DNA from: Eledone cirrhosa
Taxonomy: Eukaryota
Assembly (NCBI GenBank): GCA_964016885.1
Contig: OZ024743.1
Span: forward strand, 102,920,001-102,984,000
Direction of reading: 5' to 3'
Length of the DNA stretch: 64,000 nucleotides
Shown here piece by piece: positions 14,300 to 27,816 of this stretch. The position numbers and the translations under genes are program-made. The notes below the pieces were generated by a model. The model had not been told where the DNA came from and made no database searches. It saw only the letters and a program-made list of their open reading frames with translations. Within the stretch, counting starts at the first letter, position 1. Each line of letters begins with the position of its first letter.

Positions 14300-14640
14300 C
14301 CTCATAGCCTAATGGATAAGGTGTTTGACTCAAGATCATAAGTTTGTAAGTTCAATTCCCGGACAAGGTGGTGTGTTGTGTCCTTGAGCAAGACTCCTAA
14401 TTTCATGTTGCTCAAGCTCACTCAATTGGCAAAGATGAGTTGTACCATTGTACCTGTAATTCAAGGCGCTAGCCATGTCATCTTGTCAGACATTGTGCCA
14501 TGCTGAATCTCCCTGAGAACTACATAAAGAGAGCACGTGTTTGTTGAGTGCTTATCCACTTATATGTTAATGTCAATAGCAAGCAGTTCTGTTGATTGAA
14601 TCAACTAGAGCACTGATCATCAGAAATGACAGAGTTCTAG
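14300..14640 (+). mobile_element. tRNA-derived SINE (family B)
   Basis: A-box-like tagcctaatggataagg, B-box-like aagttcaattcc, core gtgtccttgagcaagac. Confidence 0.75.
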
Positions 14641-14949
14641 CCTCAGTTTGATTTATAAGAAGCTCAATGGTTTTAACAGATATTATGAAAAGAATATTAA
14701 CAATATTTCTATTTATGCAAACTTGTACAATTCTAATGATAATATTATATTATATTTTCAAATGTATATTTAACACACGTACAACTTAAAAGTTATCATG
14801 TGCTAGTCAAATCTACAAACATGTGTTTTGCCTCTGATTTTAGAGAATACTGTATTAAATTTTCTCCTGCCTCCAAAGAAGTATAGCGGGTGTATACCCT
14901 ATACTATCAGTATCTGCTAATCTAATGAAAAACCTACAAATATATGATC

Positions 14950-17030
14950 TAGATGACACTATATGGTTGGTCGTGGTCCACACTGGCGCATTCGGAAAAT
15001 CTAGTCAGGCAGTTTGTTCCCTTCTAGGATGAACACCTTACCCTCTGGATCCAGGAAGATTATCCGTACTTCGAGATCCAGGCCTTTCCTAAACAACACT
15101 GGCACCTCACCTCCCATTCGGGGCCGATTAAGAAGATCTCATAGGTGTTAGTGCATGACTGTTGAAAATTATCGTCTCACTGCCGGCAGTCACAACCATA
15201 TGTAATGACCTAAGGTTATTCAGCAAGCAGACCTGCTTGCAGAACGATCCCATGCCACGAACATTTATGAAACCTATTCTTATGATAGTCATGTAGGTTG
15301 GTTGATCAAAAGGTTCACTTACCCTCTGCGCAGAGATCGGGTAGATCCACTTCCATATTTGGTGGGGTTTCTTTAGGGAACCACGTTAAAAGCTTGCGAT
15401 ATTCGTACTATCATAAAGTCTTCCGATACTCTAAATGTTCTGGTGCCAAAAATCTCCCCTTCATTTACAATTTCTTAGCTTCGTGCTATGAGTGTCATCA
15501 GTGTTTAATTGGCTCTTCTTACTAGCACGAAGTTTTCTGTGAGTGTGATTTGTTGTTGTGGTTGTGTTTGTTTTTGTTTGATTGGTTGTGGCAGGGTTAG
15601 TGGTGTTGTTGTGTTTGTTGTCTGTGTGTGATATTTGAGGTTTTTCTTTCTTTTCTTGTGTTTGCGTTTTTGTTTATTCGTTCTTTGTAGTTGTGCTTTG
15701 ATTTCGCTACTAGAAACGACGTCTCTGTGTCTGTTTCAGATGTCTGTGTTTGTGTGAGTGTTTATGTGTGTATTTATTGTTTGGGGAGGAGAGAGGGAAT
15801 GGGAGAGCTTTCCCCATCTTCCCCTTGGGTTGATTATGTATTAGTTGATTGTGGTGTTGGTTTAGCTGCTGCTGCTGCTGCTGTTCCTGTTTCTACTGTT
15901 ACTGCCGCGTTCTGTTGTCCCGGCTTTAGTGTTGGCAGCAACGGTGATTTGCAGACACCTGCATTTTTCAGTTGAGGGTAAAAGACTCATAGATGTATCG
16001 AAGCAGTGTGGCCTTCTACACTCAGTGACCACTTGTAACTTGGAACCTTCCTGAAGGCGAACATGGTCTGGGGTCTGGTGTGTTTTTAATTTCATCCGGT
16101 TTGATTTGGAGAAGAATCTCCAAATTCATCCCGAAACAGTCTTCTTTTAACGTTTTTCATACGCCTATTAGAGTACCATCTGTACCCTCTTCAACCACGC
16201 ATCGCAAGATCCACCATAAGTTCAGTCCTGGCGGGATCCTGGGAATGCCGACCTTCACCATTCTTCTGCTTTTGTGCGACGGGTACATGATAATGTAGTC
16301 AAATTTACGGGGGTGGGGGCCACCAAATCTTTTATGGCAAGGGCCTCGGTTTCGAACAGCAGCAATATAGTGCCGAACTGTCTGGCGCTTGCTATGTATT
16401 CTATGTCTTATCTGATGCATTTCGGTGCTGCCTCCACTTGAGATTGGGGGAGGGGTAGTTACCCTTTACGTGTTTACACTGAAAGGAATCTATCAATCAG
16501 TGTTCTTATTTGCGTTGCTGCCATTACTTCGACTTGTACGGCTAGGTTGGCACAGGTATTTTCTCTCTTAATGAGTTTCCGTGCCTGAGCCAAACGATCT
16601 TTATTGTCTGAGATATCAACTTGAAATAATAGTCTTGATTTTGCAGCCGCGGCTACGAATGTACTGTTATTGTTATTGTTGTTGTTCATGTTGTTGTTGC
16701 TGTTGCTGATGCTGAGGTCTCATTCGTCTTGTCACCGTCGTTCTTCCTATCATTGCTGGTGTTGTTGTTAGTGTTGTCGTTGATGCTGTTGTTGTTTCTG
16801 TTAGTGTTGTCATTGTTCATGCTGCTGGTGGTGGTGGTGTTCATTTCGTTGTTGGTGTTGGGGTTGGTAGTACTGTTGTTGTTGTTGTTGTTGACGATAC
16901 TGCTTAAAGTGGTGTTCGTTCTCATAATGGTATTGGTGGATGTGGTGTCACTCTTCTCAACGTTTGAACCGCTGTCACGTGACAGATGGCTCAACTTGAA
17001 GGGTGTATTCCGTCCATATGTTTTGACAGA
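14950..17030 (-). mobile_element. L1/Tx1-like LINE 5' part: decayed ORF1 plus start of the APE endonuclease
   Basis: From about 15292 (-): MTIIRIGFINVRGM..KQVCLLNNLRSL..SET..VLFRKGLDLEVRIIFLDPEG. Upstream ORF1-like pieces 16686..16994, 16474..16689, 16157..16420 and 15862..16095. Confidence 0.7.
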
Positions 17031-17874
17031 AAAAAAATATTTGATAAAATAAAGTTCAAATATTATGGGTTCGCCTTTTCACAGGGCAAAGAATAGCAGC
17101 TCGTAACAAAAATATTCTATAATTTTCGCTTTAAAACACCTCAAAATAACCAACCATCTGGAGTAGATATGAATATAGTACACCTGTAGTATGATCAATG
17201 ATGCCAGTCTCTTTATTTGAATTTTCTTGATTACTATCGTTTTCTTGAATAATTCCATTTATTTTAAATTCTAATTACATGGATCTTTCTGACGGATTTC
17301 CATTGTAACGATTGCTCGTTTTAATAAGAAACCCATCAAATCTATCTCATTCACATATCCTGGTTTGCTCACAACTCAGAACAATCAGTGATTATCATTC
17401 GTATGACGTAATGTCTCTAAAAATGAATGAGTCATAGTAAATTGTTTTGTGTGCATTACGAATACATAGATTTTTTTTTCATAAATATAAAAGGCTTTCA
17501 GTAATGATTTCTGCATTATTAAAATACTTTTGTAGTATTTCCACATACTGTCTATTTTCATCGTGCCAAGCTATTTACAGAATAAAATTTCTCATTATTT
17601 AAACGGATTCACCACCTGTGCACAATTTAGTGAACTAATATCATTGGTGGACATAGGTGGACACAGGTGAGTCAGAAACTCAAGAAAAAAGTGCAATTGC
17701 TTTACTTTCTTTATCATTCCGTTTATTCGAAATAGATGATTCGTTAATCCAATATCCTGCCTCCGTTAGGATTGATTTTATGGATATACCAATAATTTTC
17801 CTATCCATTCTAGATCCAAGTTTCAGTACAGCATCATAAATAATTTATAGAGTTGTTTACATTCTCTTTATATA

Positions 17875-18063
17875 TAATTGTTTCTACGTTTGGCACAAGG
17901 CCAGCAATTACCCAGTCCATTACTGGTACTTTATTTTATCGACCCCGTAAGGATGAAAGGCAAAGTTAACCTCGGCGGGATTTGAACTCAGAATGGCAAG
18001 GGACGTAACTCTATACGTCAAACAATGGCGTCCGACCCTCTACCGATACTGCCAATCCCCCGT
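17875..18063 (-). mobile_element. SINE family A
   Basis: Reverse complement of the 3246-3436 sequence. Confidence 0.88.
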
Positions 18064-18399
18064 TGAATAATAACATTGCTGGTTACAGTTTGCTGTGGCC
18101 CAATCGCTGGTTCACTGCTTTTTCCAAAGCGAAAAGCGTGTTTATGAAACATGAGCACAATAAATAACTGACAGATATTTTTATAGTCTCACCTATTGAG
18201 CAGTGCTGTGCCGATATATATATATATATATATACACCCATACACCTACACACACATACAAACACACACACATACATCCCCCATATATATATATATATAT
18301 ATAAAATTAGTTTTGCGTGGTTTTTGATATGAAATCGTGTGTCGAAACAAATATTGTTATACTTGGGGAGGGTCATATTTGCGTAATAATATTGCCAGA

Positions 18400-20330
18400 A
18401 TTAATAACAGAACACACTCACTGTTTGGTTGGTTTTCGCTTCTGTGTCTTTTATATCGGTTAATTTAATTTATTCGGTCCTCAATGTTGCCAACGGTCAA
18501 AAATACAGATACAATATAGACACAAACACATATATATAGTCTAACAAAGTTCTTTCGTTACACATCTGCAACCTCGTCAGTGGATCTATTATGTTTCGTC
18601 CTGTTGTATTGTATGCCTACGCCATCTTTATTTAGTCTGTTTATTTATTTATTTATTAGTTTTTTTGTCTTCTCTGCGCATGCGTTTTCGTGTGTGTATA
18701 GTGTTTGATGTGTGTTCGTGTTTGGGTGACTATGTATTGGTTATTGTATTCTGTCTTAGTTTACTAGTGTGTGTTTATATGTGTTTGTTGTTATTGTGCT
18801 TGTGTATTTATTTATTTATTTATTTATACTTCTCTTAGGTCAGTATTGTTTGTTTGGGTGTTGTTGTTATTCCATTCTTTTTTTCTGTTTAGCTTTGGCC
18901 TTCTAAGTTCTATTTCGCTGGCCTCTCTGATTTGCCTATCTGCTGGGTCATTTCTATGTTTAGATATTATTCTAATTTCTATGTTGTCTATGTTACCGCC
19001 ATGTTGTTGTCTGGCATGTTCGTACAGTACTGAACCGTTTTTTCGTCCTTTTAGTTCCCCCAGTGTTGGTCTATCCTTTCACCTATGCTACGAGCTGTCT
19101 CGCCTATGTATGTTGTTTTCATGTTTCTGCAAGTACCCTCTGTACATCTTATGCTATAGACTACGTTTCTAGTTTTACAGTTTATCTGGAGGTTTACTTT
19201 ACATATAATACATTTCCTATTAGTACAGTGGGTTTTCTTTAAAGGGTAGGTTTTGCTGATCAGGGATTTTATGGTGGTTCCTGGCTTTTCTACCACCTTA
19301 ATCTTAAAAGTGGGTCTTTCTCTGGGCCTTTCTACACTGGTTAGCTAATTTCCGTCCAGGGGTAGCGTCCACAAACATGACACTCTGGTATCTCTGGTTG
19401 TCGTACCATGAGGTGGCTTTCCCTATCTTATGTCTAGTCCTATCTAAGCTATTCCACGATTTTCTCCTGTATAATGGGCAAATTCCTTTCATGTCCAGTT
19501 CTATGAGGGTCTTATACTTCTCCGTGGCTCCTTCATATACTCTGATTCTGTCTCTTTGGTTGTAGCCAGACAACTGCATGCGGTTGATGAAGTGTTGGAT
19601 GTGTCTTTCCATTTCTGTTGGGTCGCACATGCGGGATACGCTCTTCATCACTCGTACCAAGTCTGCGATCAGAATATTAAACTTAGCACTACTGGACATT
19701 GCTGAGATTTTGAGTATCAGGTATTTGGAGGCCATGGGTTTAGCATAGTGTGAGTGGAGAATTTGCGCTCTCTCGTCTATAGTGTTAATCCAGAGTTCCG
19801 TGTCTAATACAGGTAGTCTATTGTTAGGGTGTTTGGAAGGGTAGTCGATAGTAACAGTTATACTCTGGTGTATCGAATTAGCTATCTGCTGGATGCTTTC
19901 CATTGTGCTACTTTCTAAATCAAACTTGTTAGTACTCTCTTGTGGGGATGTCCTTATTACTATATTGATGTCGTCTACGTAACGAGAGTACATGATGAGG
20001 TATATGGAGCTCTCATCAAGGAGATCTTTGAGTCTCCTGTCCCACCATACCATAAAAAGGTTGGCAACGTCACCAGCTATGCTGACTCCAATGGCTGCTC
20101 CCTCATTTGGGTGTAGATCTTCTCGTTGAATTTGAATATGTGGCCCTTTAGGGTAGTTTTGATACTAGCCCCTATTGCATGTGCAACCATTTTTCTTATC
20201 TGATCATTGTTTTGGGGAGTCCGTATAGCTTTGGTCCACCCAATCCACCTTCCCATGGGAGTCTTTTTTGCCATTGAGGTTATGGTGGGGGGTCTACCTT
20301 TTATGGGTCTACTGGGGCAGAAATATATAA
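18400..20330 (-). mobile_element. 5'-truncated Penelope-like element (RT C-half, GIY-YIG, 3' pseudo-LTR)
   Basis: GVSIAGDVANLFMVWWD, YSRYVDD, LPVLDTELW, Cys linker CTNRKCIIC, VVYSIRC..YIGETARSIGERIDQH. Confidence 0.9.
18543..18586 (-). ncRNA. Minimal hammerhead ribozyme-like motif in the PLE 3' region
   Basis: Minus strand CTGACGA-G-GTTGCA-gatg-TGTAAC-GAAA-G-aa-CTT; stem I is weak. Confidence 0.55.
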
Positions 20331-20609
20331 ATGCAAGTTTGAAGTAAATCGGAGTAGAAATGTGGATTTGTATAGACTTGTCTGTGTGTGTGTCCTCATT
20401 TTTGCAAAGTCTATACAAATCCACATTTCTACTCCGATTTTACTTCAAACTTGCAGTCTAAAGATACTAACAATTTTCTTTTGTTAAAGGGGTGTTAGGC
20501 GCCGGTTATCGATCGTCGTCGAGCCCTTATACTATCTGTCTGTATGTCTGGCTAACTGCATAACGACATTCTGAAGAACACGTCATTGCTGACGTATTAT
20601 CTTCGCTAC

Positions 20610-22455
<1,846 letters not shown>

Positions 22456-22739
22456 TATAATATAATTTCAAATTTTCCCAATGCTTAAAACAGGCCTAGA
22501 ATATGTATGACTGTAATAGATAGCCAAGAATCCTTAGCTTAATGGTTAACACCCGGCATTTGAGAGATACAAGGCTTCTATACGTCAAGGTGGTTCTGTC
22601 CAACTTTTCTCGTCTCCATGGGTATTTTACTCGATTTTCTTAAATGTTATCTATAGTCATAGGTTATTTGAGTTGGGAAGCCTACATTTTAAAATTCAAA
22701 TTCTCCGAATGCTTTCTTATTGATATGCTTCCTATTGAT

Positions 22740-24230
22740 ATGTTTGTCCAGCTGCAAAGAGATCTGAAGGCTTGAGTTGTCTTTAATGGAGATTTGTCCA
22801 ATGAAATCCCAGTTGACAATGGCATGAAGCAAGGAGATATCCCAACTCCTACACTATTCTCAATATTCTTTGCTGTACTGCTGACTCATGCATTCCAGGG
22901 AGTGCGAAGGGTGTTCTATTGCGAGTTAGAAATACAGAAAGAATCTTTGACCTAAGAAGATTCAATTTCAAGTCCAAGATATTCCAAACACTAATCAAAG
23001 AACTCCTGTATGCAGACGACTTTGACTTTCTGGCTCATTCTTAATATGACATGCAACATATCATGGATAGTTTTGCAGCTTTTTTTAATGCCTTTGGTAT
23101 CAAAAATAACCTGAAAAGAACTAAGATAATGTTTAACTGAGCAACGAGGAAAACATATATGATGCCAAATACAATGGTACATGGAACTAGATTGGGTGTG
23201 GTTGATACTTCTGTTTACATCGGCATTGCATTGTCGAAGGATGGGTTGTTGGATGCGGACTTACACATGCGCATTCAGAAGGCCTCTGTAGCCTTCCGAA
23301 AACACTTAAATATAGTGTGGGCGGATCATGGCATAAATAACAAGGTCAAGATTGGTGTGTACAAGGCCTTCGTATTGAGTGCTCTGTTGTATTCCTCGGA
23401 AACGTGGATAGTACCTTGTAGACACTCCAAGCTGCTTGAACACTTGAATCAAATGCATATAAGACGAATCATTGACATCAAATTACAACAAAATATACCT
23501 GACGCGCTAATCCTTGTAGATGTTGGCTGCACAAGCATTAAATCTTCCATCCTATCCTCTCAAATGCGTTATTCAGGCCACGTTGTACGTATGAAAACAA
23601 CTATTTTACTGCGAATTGCACACTGATCAAACGTCCTAAGCAAAAACCAAGAAAAAGATATAAAGACTGCATAACAAACAACCTAAAGGATCTACAGATT
23701 GAAGTACAGAATTGGAAAGTACTAGGTTTAAAGGAGGTTGACTGGAGAAGACAGGTGAAGGCAGGCTGCAGAATGTTTGAAGATAGACTTCTCGTCCATG
23801 AAAGACTTAAGTGTCAGCTTCGAATAGGCCACAGTATGAACCTCAATAAGAACATAGAGAGCTGGAGATGTGAAGTTTATGGTCATCTAATACTCTCTAA
23901 ATTTGGGTACATTACTCATCTAAAATCCCATGAAAGAGCAACTGTATATGCAGCACTATCCCGCCAATACTCGGTGTGCAGAAAAAGCTTCAAATCAATT
24001 TCTGGTCTTAGAAAGCATATAAGAGTACATAAGGATTACATCCCACAAACTGACCCATTCAATTCAATACATGATATATCTCTGCCTGTCATTTGCTGCA
24101 GACCATGCAAATCTGGACTTAAAAGCCACCTAGGAGGTCGTGAACTGACGTCTAGATGTGGTGATAATATTAGGGATACAGAGAGACGGCAATCATCTGC
24201 AAAGATGAAGCGACCAACATGTATGTATGT
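22740..24230 (+). mobile_element. Decayed RTE-clade LINE 3' half with C-terminal C2H2-like fingers and (ATGT)n tail
   Basis: GMKQGDIPTPTLFSIFF, ELLYADD, RIQKASVAF, VYKAFVLSALLYSSETW, CRKSFKSISGLRKHIRVH. Confidence 0.85.
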
Positions 24231-24312
24231 TCTTCTGGTTTTGTAATTTCACAAATTTTTGCCAATAGAGGAATAGAGGGAGAGTCGGTTTCTAACATAG
24301 TTACAAGACTCG
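24222..24312 (-). mobile_element. Short 3' end of R4/Dong family B inserted in (ATGT)n
   Basis: Reverse complement of 33125-33205 (gagtcttgt..gttagaaaccgactctc..aaaaccagaagaacatac). Confidence 0.7.
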
Positions 24313-25329
24313 CGTGTATGTATGTGTGTATGTGTGCATGTCTATATGTATGTATGTGTGTATATAGGTTATCATTTCCGGGGTAGGATTAGGCCTGGGA
24401 ATCTGCTCTACTGAAATATCCTAAATGGACTTCGTCTCATATAGCCCAGCTCCTTGCCCTTCTGTGGCAGAGATATTTGTGGTAGACGCGATTTAATGAC
24501 ACCTTAAAACCAATTGCTTCGTGTAAATACAAGTCGTCAGCCTTAGGCGACAGTTTGCCTTAGAGAAGTGTCGCTCTGGTTTCAAAATCAGAGTAGATGG
24601 GTCTCTTTAGTAATAATTATGACATCCTATCTGTGCACGGAAATAAAACATTTGCTGGCTGGTGTCAGGGTAGGCAACAAGTTCACATAGTGTGAAAGTC
24701 CCCGAGCTGTTGATACGGCATTCCTCCAGTTCCACCGCCCCTGTATATATATATAATGTAAAAGAATAATAATGATCTGTACCCTTTCCTAAGAGGTTGA
24801 TATATCGAGCTACTTCGTATTTGGTAATAAACTGGTATTATACACAATTTATTCATCTCATATATATATATATATATCATCATCTTCATCATCATCATCA
24901 TTTTACGTCCGCTTTTCCCTGTTTATACATTGATTTATCATGGTTATCATGGCTACTTGTGAGCTGCGTTACTCTAAACTTTCACCTGTGCAATCACAGG
25001 AACACCAGTCTTGTCTGATGATCCTGTAAGTATACAGGTTAAACTCCAGAGTAACAAGGCTCATCACTTAGCCATAATAAATGAATATTTAAACTCTACT
25101 TCGGTATTGAGTTTTCATTCTTACGTCTGTCAATAATTCACGTACTTTCAGGTCTAATTCTTTTATTTTACATTTAAAAAAAAAACATTACAAGAAATCT
25201 AATATTTACGAATGTAAACTATACGATTACCGATTTCCCAAGCCACCACACCCTTATTTATACCACTCCTATTATTTAGGACCCTCTCTATGTCTACTAC
25301 ATGGCACTCTCCCATTATTCTTTATCCAT

Positions 25330-26508
25330 GTCTACACTTTCTTCTAATCCCCCTCTCTATATCAATAAACATCAATCTCTCCCCCTCTCGACATCTAATA
25401 TACAACACCCTCTCCCAATCCCCTATCTCTATCAATTACCACCAAAAGAGCCCCTGTCTATATTTACCATATAACACTCTCCCTCATTCCGTCTCACCTA
25501 TCTATCACTACCAAACTCCCCCCCCCCCTCTCTATACCTATCAATACCTTCCTCTATCTATCCTCTCACTCTATTCATTACCAGCAAACTCTGCCCCTCT
25601 ACATATGAACCATACAACACTCTCTCAAATCCCCCGCTCTATATCAATTAACACCAAACTCTCCCCCTCTGTATATCTACTCCATGGAACTCTCTTACAA
25701 CCCCCCTCTCTATATCAATTAACACGAAATTCGCCCCCGCCCCTCTGTATATCTACTTCTTGGAACTCTCTTACAACCCCGCTCTCTATATCAATTAATA
25801 CCAAACTATCCCTCTCGCTAGATCTACTACACGGAACTCTCTTCCAATACCCCCTCTCTATATCAATTAACACCAAATTCTCACCCTCTCTATATTTTAA
25901 TATACAACACGCTCTCCCAACCCACCTACCTATATCAATTACCACCAAAACTACCCTATCTCTATATCTACTGTACAACACTCTCTCATTCCCTCTCACT
26001 CCATATACCTACCAATACCTACCTCTATCTATCCTTTCACTCTATTCATTACCACCAAAACTACCCTCTCTCTAAATCTACTGTACAACACTCTCTCTCA
26101 TTCCCTCTCACTCCATATACCTACCAATACCTACCTCTATCTATCCTTTCACTCTATTCATTACCACCAAAACTACCCTCTCTCTAAATCTACTGTACAA
26201 CACTCTCTCTCATTCCCTCTCACTCCATATACCTACCAATACCTTCCTCTATCTATCCTTTCACTCTATTCATTACCACCAAAACTACCCTCTCTCTATA
26301 TCTACTGTACAACACTCTCTCTCATTCCCTCTCACTCCATATACCTACCAATACCTTCCTCTATCTATCCTTTCACTCTATTCATTACCACCAAAACTAC
26401 CCTCTCTCTATATCTACTGTACAACACTCTCTCTCATTCCCTCTCACTCCATATACCTACCAATACCTACCTCTATCTATCCTTTCACTCTATTCATTAC
26501 CACCAAAA
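25330..26508. repeat. C/T-rich minisatellite: ~72-bp degenerate units grading into 5 near-identical 112-bp units
   Basis: atatcaatt anchors at 25641/25712/25788/25860/25932; accaccaaaa anchors at 25941/26051/26163/26275/26387/26499. Confidence 0.9.
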
Positions 26509-27002
26509 CGTAATTTAGATCAAGTGATGCCTGTGCTTAGGCCTTGCGCTGGACGAATCGCAATATCTAAACAACAGTGATAGGTATCCTAAAAGAACAG
26601 GTTAACATCTTTGGCTGCCAATGAGTCGCAGGTTTTACATCAATTTTCCTTCTCCTAGAATGATGTCCTAAAAGGAATAAGGATCTCTCCCTCGCGGTGG
26701 ACTAACCTCACGCTCGGGTACCAAACCGAGTATTTCGATTACTCCACCCATACTTGCATTCATACATACATACATTCATACATACATACATACATTCATA
26801 CATACATACATACATACATTCATACATACATACATACATACATAGGTACGTACATATATACGTACGTACGTATGTCGGTACATACATACATACATAAATA
26901 GATACATATATATATAAGTACATACATACACACATATGTATGTACATACAAACATACATAAGTACGTACGTACATACATACTTACATACATACATTCATA
27001 CA

Positions 27003-27610
27003 TGGTGGCTGCCAACTCGTTTTCGAGTAAAGCCACTACTTTATATCCAAGTAGGAGAACTCCTACCGATGCGCTGAACGAGTGACATTTTAGTCCAGCC
27101 AGCGACTTGAAAACTCTGGTACAAACACTACACTTGTGACAATTATTGACACATAGTGCTGGGCCCATGGTACCATGTGACGACAAGTGCAGAGAGATCT
27201 CCAGATATAAAGCAATGCCTGTGCCGTGAAGCTTTTATAGTGAGCAAAGGCACTGCACAAAGCCAGTCCCACTCTCTTAACCAAGATGATATTTACCAAA
27301 AAGAAGAACAAGTCAACATCATTGGATACCATCAGGGTTGCAGGTGTTATATCAGAGTTTTCCTTCTCCTAGAATTCTGCCTTGACAAAGGCTAAGGGGT
27401 CATCTCTCCCGGTGATTTTGGATGGCGATTGACTCTTAAGAGGTCCTTTGCCCTTTGACAGGTTTTGTTTTTAGTCCTGCAGGATGTCCAAAGTCACCCT
27501 CCTCACCAAGAAACCTTGGTGGGGTTGCCAGTTTAGTCGCCAACGACCCGACCATGAGACAGGTTGTACTGGGATACATGTTACCAGTAGCACCAACTGG
27601 TGACCTGACA
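27003..27610 (-). mobile_element. Short non-autonomous RTE-derived element (5' UTR-like head joined to 3' end)
   Basis: RTE 5'UTR-like ctaggagaaggaaaactctgat; 3' part CSVCTRVFKSLAGLKCH resembles the RTE finger at about 23970; runs into (ATGT)n. Confidence 0.55.
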
Positions 27611-27816
27611 CATTCATTCATACATACATACATACATACATACATACATAGGTACGTACATATATACGTACGTACGTATGTCCGTACATACATACATACA
27701 TACATACATACATAAATACATACATACATATATACATACATACATACACACATATGGATGTACATACAAACATACATAAGTACGTACGTACATACATACA
27801 TACTTACATACATACA

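Noticed and set aside
17180-17850. Possible decayed coding sequence (also 13380-13780)
   Set aside because: Multiple stops in the frames I read and no recognisable motif; would need BLASTX.
20565-20605. ctgaagaa followed by the hairpin acgtca-ttgc-tgacgt as a hammerhead
   Set aside because: No GAAA after stem II.
25290-26075. 261-aa ORF
   Set aside because: It lies wholly within a G-poor minisatellite that rarely forms stop codons; no domain is recognisable.
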